From: Tubiluchus corallicola
Taxonomy: Eukaryota > Animalia > Priapulida
Reading direction: 5' to 3'
DNA length: 35,023 nucleotides
Assembly: GCA_030141605.1 (NCBI GenBank)
Contig: JAQGDQ010001551.1
Location: 1 to 35,023 of the forward strand
Below, piece after piece: positions 12,538 to 22,874 of the stretch (position 1 is the first letter of the stretch; every line of letters starts with the position of its first letter). The position numbers and the translations under genes were made by a program. Under the pieces are notes generated by a model, which was given only the letters and a program-made list of their open reading frames with translations, made no database searches and was not told where the DNA came from.

Positions 12538-12790
12538 ATGATGCAAATTGGAAGCAACGACAGAAAATGGCTCGCGTGTCTCATCAAAGCGACGCTGTTG
12601 TTTTTTCTGGTGTCTGTTGTGCGCTTTCATCTCGAATTGCAAGAAATCGATATTTTATCCAAAAGTGAAAGCTTGATTAAGCCATTGAACATTTTGTCTG
12701 TATCTGAAGATGAAATGTGGACAGATTTGCTGACGCGCTATAGTCCGTCTGATGTTCTACCACCATGTCCGAGACGATCGCTTGGATTAG
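12538..12790 (+). CDS. GT7 transferase coding exon 1 (cytoplasmic tail, TM signal-anchor, stem)
   Basis: In-frame TAA directly before the ATG; hydrophobic WLACLIKATLLFFLVSVV; LPPCP...LGL G|GTgaaa, phase 1, joins exon 2 as CPRRSLGLVG. Confidence 0.8.
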
Positions 12791-12844
12791 GTGAAAATTG
12801 TCAATTCTTTTTAATAGAAAACTAACGTGCCGTTACGTGCGAAC

Positions 12845-13753
<909 letters not shown>

Positions 13754-14040
13754 GTGCGAACACCTTGTGTTTTCTTTGAACCAATTGTAAGATTCGTTTG
13801 TACAATTATTAGAACCTATTGTAAACTCTGTTGTAAACAAATCTATAATCGAGGTATACAAAATGCAAATTAAGAACAAATACAAGAAAAGTAATAAAAA
13901 TTTACAAAACACACAAATTACCGACATTTTAGAGACTCTGTAAAGCCAACATGCCCATAAAATGATAAAACTATCAAATATTCTAAGAATTATAACCGAA
14001 TTTTGAATTTGTAGGCCCCTGGGAGCCCACAGGCCCCGCA

Positions 14041-14330
14041 GTTAAGAAAACCATGAATGTTGGATTCTTCAAATCAGTTTAATCATCTTCCACAACATAA
14101 TGCCAACATTAGGCCCACAGTGACAATTAGCAAAAGCATGAATGTTGGATTCTTCAAATCAGTTTAATCATCTTCCACAACATAATGCCAACATTAGGCC
14201 CACAGTGACAATTAACAAAAGCATGAATGTTGGATTCTTCAAATCAGTTTAATCAACTTCCACAACGTAATGCCAACATTATTCCCACAGCGACAATTAA
14301 CAAAAGCGTGAATATTGGATTCTGTCAAGT
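14041..14330. repeat. Second array of the 85-bp minisatellite, about 3.3 copies
   Basis: Same unit as 10920-11750, same orientation. Confidence 0.92.
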
Positions 14331-14551
14331 CGCTTCAACAAACTCAATAGCGTGTGGCATTGTAACACTGTTATGTTTGCCAAAATGTAAACCTCGAAAC
14401 GGTGAATCAGTATTTTTCATATTAGAAACTAGTAATAGGAATTTGTGCAAATATTTTATGATTATTAACTTTTGTAAAAATATAATTTAATTAATTACTG
14501 GCTTGTTCAAAACTCTGTTTGCATGCAATAGAATGCTAATAGCCATTGAAC

Positions 14552-14762
14552 AGCCGTGGTGAATGTTAAATACGAGCATAACATAACATAACATAACATA
14601 ACATAACATAACATAACATAACATAACATAAGTATATATATATACTTATGTTATGCTATGCTATGCTATGCTATGCTATGTTATGTCCACTAGTTTTCTG
14701 ATGAATCCAGTCAGTGCAGTTGGGTCTACAGTTTGTGCACGTATTTAACATTCACCACGGCT
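14552..14762. mobile_element. Foldback/MITE-like element with 27-bp TIRs and an internal inverted pentamer microsatellite
   Basis: AGCCGTGGTGAATGTTAAATACGAGCA / TGCACGTATTTAACATTCACCACGGCT (1 mismatch); inside (ATAAC)n-TATATA-(TATGT/TATGC)n. Confidence 0.7.
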
Positions 14763-15457
14763 ATATTTATATATATATATAGGCATCCTAAATGTAGGAG
14801 TAATGCTAGTGACCGATGGTTAGTTGGTAGTGTTGATACTGTACTGTTTTACTAGCCAATCAGGTAAGCCCGGCGGGTGCATGTGACCCGGGCAGCTCTG
14901 CCAAGGCCAGCCTGGGGTTTTTTCTTACCTGAGCATTGTTGTTGAATGGTCACCATGTGTCTTCTGTCCTGTAAATGACAGTGAAATATGTAAACAGAAA
15001 TAAAGTCTCTCACAGTTCAACACAATTTCATATTCTTTGTTTCAACCACCAAAGTGAATCAGTCTACAACAGTCTACACTTACTTCAGTCTAATATACTC
15101 AGAGCTCTCTACAAAGTCAATCTTTCTATGCTGTCAGCTAAAAATTTCTACAATTGATGTATTTTAGGTATTGAAAAACGTATCTTCAAAATAGATGCAC
15201 ATTCCTTTCGCCTGTTTATGAATCTATACACGTATGTTTTTCTTTTCAACTGTGGAATGAGCTTATATCTGATGAAACGTGACACGGCCAGAAGGCAGGT
15301 TTATTCAGCTAGTCATTCAACTACAAGAATAACATTGTCATCCAACAATAAAACTGTAAAAATTCAAGGCCGCCCTGTTGTGGGCATACTTGGGAAGTGT
15401 GATTATTCTAGGGGCCTCGTGCGGCCATATTGTACCCCAGGGATCTGGAGAGGTGTC

Positions 15458-15588
15458 ATTACTTGCTTGCTTATTTACTACTTACTTGCTTGCTTGCTTG
15501 CTTACTTGCTTTCTTGCTTTCTTGCTTACTTACTTACTTACTTACTTACTTTACTCACTCACTCACTCACTCACTCACTCACTCACTT
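15458..15588. repeat. Compound (CTTG)/(CTTA)/(CTCA) microsatellite
   Basis: Directly visible. Confidence 0.92.
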
Positions 15589-15967
15589 AAGTATCCTTTC
15601 AAATCTAATTTGTAATTTAAATAGGTGCGCCACACAAACTGAATTTGTCGTAAAATTGGGAACTCGAAATTGTTATACAGCAGATGCAAAATTTGTTGAG
15701 GATTTTTTATCAATTATTTGTTATTGTTGTGAATGGGCTGTTTGCCAGTCAAAAAATTTGCTGCTACCAATTTAAAAGTAATTTAATTAATCAAGTACCT
15801 GCCGATCAACAAACTCAATGAGAAGTTTACCTCACGTGTGATAAACCAAAATTAATGAACCAGTGGTTCTTTATTTTTGAACAATTGTTGCATAAAGAAG
15901 TGTAAGGTGTGAATACATCGGGATTTGATCCACAGACTAGTCGATTGCACCCACTTACCTTAACTAA

Positions 15968-16575
15968 CCCTTACACGGTCACCGGGGGTTAAAAAATTAC
16001 CCTCAGACCGGTTTTTTGCATTTTACCCTTTTACCATACGCATCCCAGTAAACCTTCTCTATGACTTTTTCTAAATACGTTTTGTGCACAAAATACTTTC
16101 AGTTATTTATTTTAGGCGCATTGTCTCACCACGAAATAAAAGTGAAAATGCAATATGTCGATTTTTGTCGAAACTTTACTTCGCTTGTCTATACATTATA
16201 CGGGCGATGTATCTGATAAAACAAAATGTCAGTTACTCAAATTACTCCAACTTAAAGAAGAAAGTAGTAGACAATAAATTCAAAATAACAATGATTTTTG
16301 CACACGCGCTAGCAATGTCGGTTGTCTACAGTTATTCCAGCATTGATAAGGGAACGTAACTAAGTGAATTTAAATTTCGTATTACTAGTAAGTCACGTGT
16401 CTTTAAGCAGAGGTATAATGTATCCTATGGTGGTCAGCATAACCACAAATTATGCTGTTGCTGTTTACTAATGAAACACGGCGGTTTATCAAAAGTAATT
16501 TACGATTATGGTTGGGTTAATTTTTTACCCTGCAGTTAACAAAATCGGTTGTAAAAAACAGTGAGCCTATAAGGG
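15968..16575. mobile_element. piggyBac-like MITE
   Basis: CTAA|CCCTTACACGGTCAC...GTGAGCCTATAAGGG|TTAA, plus subterminal GGGTTAAAAAATTACCC / GGGTTAATTTTTTACCC. Confidence 0.65.
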
Positions 16576-16625
16576 TTAATCATGTAAGCTATATGCATGT
16601 TATTGTTTATTTGTTTACACCAAAG

Positions 16626-16770
16626 TTGGAACAGTTGACATAAACACCAGTGTTGCTGATGAAGAATGGAGTGAAATAAGAAGAGGATTGAAATTCGTCA
16701 CCATTGGAGGCTGTTGGAAGCCAAAGAATTGCAGTTCTCGCCAAAATGTTGCCGTTATCGTACCGTTCCG
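16626..16770 (+). CDS. GT7 transferase coding exon 2
   Basis: caaAG|TT GGA...; GTVDINTS...GGCWKPKNCSSRQNVAVIVPF(R); CG|GTaatt. Confidence 0.9.
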
Positions 16771-16852
16771 GTAATTATGGACGAACTTATTTATTTAACA
16801 TATTTATTAACTTAGTTCACTAATACCAGTTAGAAATCAGCACAGCAATACA

Positions 16853-16982
16853 GTAATGATGATGATGATGACGATGACGATGGTGATGATGACGTTGATA
16901 ATGCCAATGACGACGATGATGATGATGATGATGACGATGACGATGACGATGACGATGATACGATGATTATGATGATGATGAC
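16853..16982. repeat. (GAT/GAC)n tract between 72-bp direct repeats
   Basis: 16781-16852 and 16995-17066 differ by 1 nt. Confidence 0.92.
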
Positions 16983-17179
16983 TTATTTCATATTACGAAC
17001 TTATTTATTTAACCTATTTATTAACTTAGTTCACTAATACCAGTTAGAAATCAGCACAGCAATACATTTTGCTGGAATGCAAAACGATTGTATGTGAATC
17101 AACCAAAAATAAATATACATAGTTTCGAATTAAACCATCGCAGGCCTTTTTCGTTGGGCTACCAGTAGCAAAAGCAATG

Positions 17180-17480
17180 TGGAGAAAGAAGAAAGGAGAA
17201 GAAAGAGCAGAAACTGACTTGAAAAAAGAAAAACGTAGAACAAGAGAAATAGAGACAGAAAGCAGAAGAGAGAGAGAATATGAGAGAGAGAGAGAGAGAG
17301 AAAGAGAATGAAAGAGCGAGAGGGAAAGAGAGAGAGAGAGAGAAACAAAGAGAAATAGAAAGAGGGAGTGAGAGAGAGAAAGAAAAAGAGAAAAAGAGAG
17401 AAATAATGTGAGAGAGAGAAAGGAGACAGAGAGGGAGTGAGAGAGAAAGAGTGAGTAAAAGCGAGAGAGAGATAGACAGA

Positions 17481-17524
<44 letters not shown>

Positions 17525-17535
17525 AAGAGAAGGAA
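17180..17535. repeat. Degenerate (GA)n purine tract
   Basis: Directly visible. Confidence 0.92.
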
Positions 17536-17615
17536 TGATGCTTTACCATAATTAACTTAAATATAAGGGATTTAAACTGTCTAGAAAATGAAATATTACA
17601 ACGTTTTTATTACAG

Positions 17616-17709
17616 TGATAGAAATGAGAATTTGAAAGTGCTGCTCAGTCATCTGCATCCTTTTATCAAGACACAAAAGATGGCTTACTGTATATACGTC
17701 GTTGAACAG
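17616..17709 (+). CDS. GT7 transferase coding exon 3
   Basis: ttacAG|T GAT AGA...; DRNENLKVLLSHLHPFIKTQKMAYCIYVVEQ; CAG|GTaact, phase 0. Confidence 0.93.
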
Positions 17710-17726
17710 GTAACTTTATTCATTAT

Positions 17727-18570
17727 CAGTGAGGGCTCGTGTATAGGTACTGTGGTACTGCAGCGCCCCCTGTTTTCACTTAAAAATATAATCAGTCTTT
17801 ATTTCTTTAATTTTTTTATACTTGTGTGGAACAGGAACACGTGAGGGAAGTACACTTTACCTCACAGCCCAGGCAACGTGGTGTTCGGTTGTTGTGCGCA
17901 TGCGGCCATGCGCATTTGTCTTAGATAACTGCTGTACGCTAGCGTCTGCTGCTAGATAGAAAAGCACTGTCTCCTACACAGTAACAATTGCCACGTGCTT
18001 ACCCTGCACCGTCATATTCTTGAATGTGATAAAGTGTAAACTTAGTGTGTGTTCTTAAAAACATAAATTATTTGATAATGGACGCCATGCGTCCCCAAAA
18101 AATAAATTCTGTGACAGTAAGTGAACTACAACAGCTTAATTTTTCACAGTTGTCTCTCAATGAAAAAATTGCAGTTAAGAAAAGAGACCGTTCAACACCT
18201 GGGCTTCAAATATACCTGCAACATTAAAATAACATATGTTTGTTACGTTTTACATTGATTTAAAACATTGACGATGAAGATGATGACGATGATGGTGCCA
18301 CTGAAGATGATGAGATGCCGATGATGAGATGATGATGATGATGATGATGATGACGACGACGACGACGATGCCGATGATGAAATGATGATGATGATGAGAT
18401 GATGATGGCGACGACGATGCCGACGATGAAATGATGATGATGATGATGAGATGATGATGGCGACGACGATGCCGACATATGTTTGTTACGTTTTACACAG
18501 ATTTAAGACATTATCAAAAAAATTTCTGAAGCAGCACCCCCCACTAATTTTTTGCTACGAGCCGCCACTG
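17727..18570 (+). mobile_element. hAT-like deletion derivative with a probable transposase N-terminal remnant
   Basis: TIRs CAGTGAGGGCTCGT / ACGAGCCGCCACTG. FSQLSLNEKIAVKKRDRSTPGLQI resembles the N-terminus of ZMYM1-like hAT transposases; TSD is degenerate. Confidence 0.65.
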
Positions 18571-18867
18571 ATCAATGGTTTTTTTTTAATCTTAATTCTA
18601 TTATATTTTCCGTACAATAATCCAGGTTACATTACAGTGATGTAATTAGAGAATAGTCTAGAAACTTTATAGGCGTAAGTGCTTGATAAATTGTTTACAA
18701 TTACAAAGAAATTTTGCGTACCTATTACTCATTTATTACAAAGTAAATGAGTACAGCATGAGTTGAAACTTTGCTAAATTCGGAAACTTATTCTCTAATA
18801 ATTCAAACTTATACTGTCAATGAACGTAGTACAGTCAAAATTATCACGTATTTTTGGTACTTGTAAT

Positions 18868-19552
18868 TGTTATTTACTCTGGAAATGTTATTTTTCACCA
18901 GGCCAATGAGAAGCCATGTTATTTACTCTGGAAATGTTATTTTTCACCAGGCCAATGAGAAGCCATGTTATTTACTCTGGAAATGTTATTTTTCACCAGG
19001 CCAACGAGAAGCCACGTTATTTACTCTCGAAATGTTATTTTTCACCAGGCCAATGAGAAGCCATGTTATTTACTCTCGAAATGTTATTTTTCACCAGGCC
19101 AATGAGAAGCCATGTTATTTACTCTCGAAATGTTATTTTTCACCAGACCAATGAGAAGCCATGTTATTTACTCCTGAAATGTTATTTTTCACCAGACCAA
19201 TGAGAAGCCATGTTGTTTACTCTCGAAATGTTATTTTTCACCAGACCAATGAGAAGCCATGTTGTTTACTCTCGAAATGTTATTTTTCACCAGACCAATG
19301 AGAAGCCATGTTATTTACTCCTGAAATGTTATTTTTCACCAGACCAATGAGAAGCCATGTTATTTACTCTCGCAATGTTATTTTTCACCAGGCCAATGAG
19401 AAGCCATGTTATTTACTCTCGAAATGTTATTTTTCACCAGGCCAATGAGAAGCCATGTTATTTACTCTGGAAATGTTATTTTTCACCAGGCCAATGAGAA
19501 GCCATGTTATTTACTCACGAAATGTTATTTTTCACCAGGCCAATGAGAAGCC
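18868..19552 (+). repeat. 49-bp tandem array (14 copies) made of the intron-3/exon-4 splice acceptor
   Basis: Unit TGTTATTTACTCTGGAAATGTTATTTTTCACCAG|GCCAATGAGAAGCCA; post-AG positions 18902, 18951 ... 19539, at an exact 49-nt period. Confidence 0.97.
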
Positions 19553-19726
19553 GTTTAACAGAGCCAAGTTATTCAACGTTGGATACTTAGAAGCGCAGAA
19601 AGAAGCCACGTATACGTGTTTCATTTTCCACGATGTTGATCTGATACCACGTGATGATCGAAACTTGTACGCATGCTCACACTCACCACGTCACATGTCT
19701 AGCTCTGTAAATAAGTTCCGCTACAA
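19539..19726 (+). CDS. GT7 transferase coding exon 4 (DxD motif)
   Basis: ANEKPFNRAKLFNVGYLEA...CFIFHDVDLIPRDDRNLYAC...PRHMSSSVNKFRY; AA|GTaggt, phase 2. Confidence 0.95.
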
Positions 19727-19787
19727 GTAGGTGTGAAACGTCCATTGTTTACCGGATGTCATGTGGGAACTTTCCCGTTAAAATAGC

Positions 19788-19800
19788 GATGATGATAATA

Positions 19801-19831
<31 letters not shown>

Positions 19832-20090
19832 CGACAACAATGACGATGATGAGATGATCATGATAAGGATGAATGATATGATGATACGATGATTATGATG
19901 GTGATGACGACGACGACGACGACGATGTTGAGATGACGATGACGACGACGATACCAATGATGAGATGATGATGATGATGATGACGATGATGACGATGATG
20001 ACGACGATGACGATGACGATGACGATGACGGAGACGGAGACGGAGACGGAGACGGAGACGGAGACGGAGACGACGACGACGACGACGACG

Positions 20091-20121
<31 letters not shown>

Positions 20122-20165
20122 TGATCACGATGATGGTGATGATGATCATGATGATCATGATGATG
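19788..20165. repeat. Compound (GAT/GAC)n, (GACGGA)n and (GACCAC)n microsatellite
   Basis: Directly visible. Confidence 0.95.
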
Positions 20166-20429
20166 GCGGCAAACCGGATCTTTGTTTTATAAGTTTGATT
20201 ACTCAAGCACTAGAAGCATTTGGTAAAAATCTGTTTTTTAATCTGGTAAAAATCTCCACGGTGTGTTGACATATGTGCTAATTTGGTTTATGCTAATTTC
20301 TTAAAGCATATGCATTTAATGCAAGCTCATTTCCTACTGTTTTACAACATTGGTCCTAATCGACGCCATTTCAGGCTTGGCTTGCTGTCTTTCTGATTTA
20401 ATCAATTCATCTGATGAATTTATCTATAG

Positions 20430-20552
20430 TTTAATATACCCCGGTTTGTTTGGTGGAGTTGTCGCCATGTCAGATGATCAGTTTAGCGCAGTCAATGGCT
20501 TCTCAAACAATTTCTACGGCTGGGGCGGGGAGGACGATAACATGTTTGAAAG
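20430..20552 (+). CDS. GT7 transferase coding exon 5 (FGGV and GWGGEDD catalytic motif)
   Basis: tatAG|T TTA ATA...; LIYPGLFGGVVAMSDDQFSAVNGFSNNFYGWGGEDDNMFE(R); AG|GTaggt. Confidence 0.95.
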
Positions 20553-21210
20553 GTAGGTTCCCTCTAAGCTGTTTCTGTGTTAGACATTACTAACAGAGAT
20601 GCATCACTTCTACTTTCTTGCTTGTTCTGTAAAAGGAAAGATTCCTTGAAATTAAAAGTACAATAAACTTAAAATATTTTTTCTAATTTTTAACTGCACA
20701 AAGGAATTTAGGCATTACTTCGTTTCTAAAATTGATTAAAAGCCTTTGTAGTATATATTTCTATACTAGTAATACTACACCCATCGGTTAGCAGGTTCAG
20801 TCGGTTAATTGGGTCAAAACACGTCGGTCCCAACTTGAGTCTATTAAGCGGCGCCAACTGTATTAAAATAATTCGCACCAATGACCACGAAACTACAACG
20901 ACGTCAGACGTATATCCCAGCGTGCAACAGCAGCTCCGCTAAGCGGCCATTAGGGGAGCTTTAATTTACAAGTTTTATACAGTGTTGCTGCTAATACATG
21001 CTCTATATTTATTCATGATTATCGTGCTTTATAAATTATAATATTGAACTGCAGACGGTACCTCGCTGACAAGGGTTAAACTACCCAGGTTGGTTCGGTA
21101 CCTGTAGATGCGGAGGGCCAAGCAGACTAACTCTTCTAACATCCATCCATGAAACAACAGAATGATGTGTGAGAAAAACGATACCTTTATTGACAAATTA
21201 CATGAAGTAG

Positions 21211-21636
21211 ATTCAAAAATAAAGATGAAATAGAGCTTACACCATCGCGGATTACACTAACTGGACCAGTAAAAGAGCAGAGACGATCGCTTTTATACAG
21301 GCCAGATGCATAACTTGGCTTCAACACAAACTTACATTAGCATGAAAGGGGTGTTCAGTACAATTCAAAAATAATGATGAAATAGAGTTTAGACTGTCGT
21401 GGATTAACCTAACTGGACCAGCAAAAGAGTAGAGACGACCGCTTTTATACAGGCCAGATGCATAACTTGGCTTCAACAGAAACTTACATTAGCATGAAAG
21501 GGGTGTTCAGTACAATTCAAAAATAATGATGAAATAGAGTTTAGACTGTCGTGGATTACACTAACTGGACAAGTAAAAGAGCAGGGACGACCTCTTTTAT
21601 ACAGGCTAGATGCAAACTTGGCTTCAACAGAAACTT
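21211..21636. repeat. 152-bp tandem repeat, about 2.8 copies
   Basis: ATTCAAAAATA anchors at 21211, 21363 and 21515. Confidence 0.9.
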
Positions 21637-22192
21637 CTCACTTGGGGAAACACCTACACAGATCTACTGCAAGACAGCAAGTTAAGATGCAAAGGAACAG
21701 CTAAAAACGCCTAATTAAAGCCGTAGAACGGAACCGCCTGCTATCATTGATATGCAATATGCTGAGTGATAATATACTTTCTGCAAAAACAAAAGAAGAT
21801 ATAGACGTTATAAAAAACAAATGAATAATAATGAAAAAAGCTTTTCTTTGAAACATTACTTGTATATAATATAGCACAAAATACGTGACAATTATGGCGT
21901 CGTAAGTTTTTAAAATTAAAAAATAATCGTGAATTTAAAGTAACATAAGAAATTGGCAAAACAGAGTTTCTAGTCACTCTGAGACAGAGCAAAATACAAA
22001 CAAATAGCGAAAGGGGTGGTGTTTAGTGATGTGCTAAGAGCTAAAAACTGATCATCAGTTTTTAATGTCAATTCACCAATTTTCATTTTATATTCACTTG
22101 TATTTATATTCGTGCTCGCAAAGCTTAGAGATACGAACTCGAAAGTTAACGAAAGCTGGATTAAGGAGCTTCAGTAAAGGTCAAACGTCCAG

Positions 22193-22620
22193 GTGATGAC
22201 TGATTATTTTTGTTTGAATGCTGAGATACATGATTACGGCACACGTTATAGACTTAACTATCACTACATACAGTGCAACACAAATGTTAGAAAATTTTCT
22301 ATTAAATACAATGGCCCTTACATATGGAATTCAATTGCTCCAGCTATTAAAAATGCCAACTCTTTGTCCATCTTTAAAAAAATTATAAATTAAACTTACT
22401 TGAAACATATAACTGATCACTCAATCATGATTTGTTGTTTTTCATTTTCAAAAACTTCCCCTCTAGTACAATAATATTTTTATTACTTCCCACCCGTATT
22501 TATATTTGTATATATTATAATATTGTATCTATATGTATTGTAATTTTTTTCATAACTAATTCTTGTGGCCTAGCATAAGCTAGCTTCTTAGGTCTCTAGC
22601 GCAGAATTCATAAATTGTAA
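22193..22620 (+). mobile_element. 3' remnant of a CR1/L2-group LINE
   Basis: HDYGTR...SIKYNGPYIWNSIAPAIKNANSLSIFKK matches the typical ORF2 C-terminal pattern, followed by an AT-rich 3'UTR-like stretch; the right boundary is approximate. Confidence 0.75.
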
Positions 22621-22639
22621 CATATAATCAAACCCCACA

Positions 22640-22810
22640 CTACTCGCGGCACAGAGATTCGTGACTCGTGAGCAACTGTGTGGTCGTGAGACGACGCCGG
22701 AATCGTCATCTTCGCTTCGCCTTTACGCTCAGTCGAAGATAGACTCCATTGACGAAACAAGTTCTGTTCAAAGTTCGCCTAAAATCTCGTAGCGTTTACT
22801 CGTGTTTACT
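22640..22810 (+). promoter_or_regulatory. CpG-rich patch, candidate promoter/5'UTR of WDSUB1
   Basis: Local CpG enrichment in an AT-rich context just upstream of the ATG; function inferred. Confidence 0.3.
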
Positions 22811-22874
22811 ATGCCTGAAAATAATAAATTCGCTGCAAATTTTTCTTTATTTTATCGCCAGTAGGCTTTCAGCC

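Noticed and set aside
14695-15290. CTGATGA cores checked as possible hammerhead ribozymes (also 7797 on the minus strand)
   Set aside because: No correctly placed GAAA or stem II/III pairing found by eye.
19455-19538. In-frame N-terminal extension of exon 4 from repeat ATGs
   Set aside because: Repeat-derived; GT7 homology starts at ANEKPFNRA, matching the phase-0 junction with exon 3.
18868-19552. CRISPR-like reading of this array or of 29577-29778
   Set aside because: Head-to-tail units with no unique spacers, no cas genes, and a eukaryotic context.
22749-22874. 42-aa N-terminal extension of WDSUB1 in the ORF track
   Set aside because: Starts at TTG and spans a pyrimidine tract; the first ATG in good context is at 22875.
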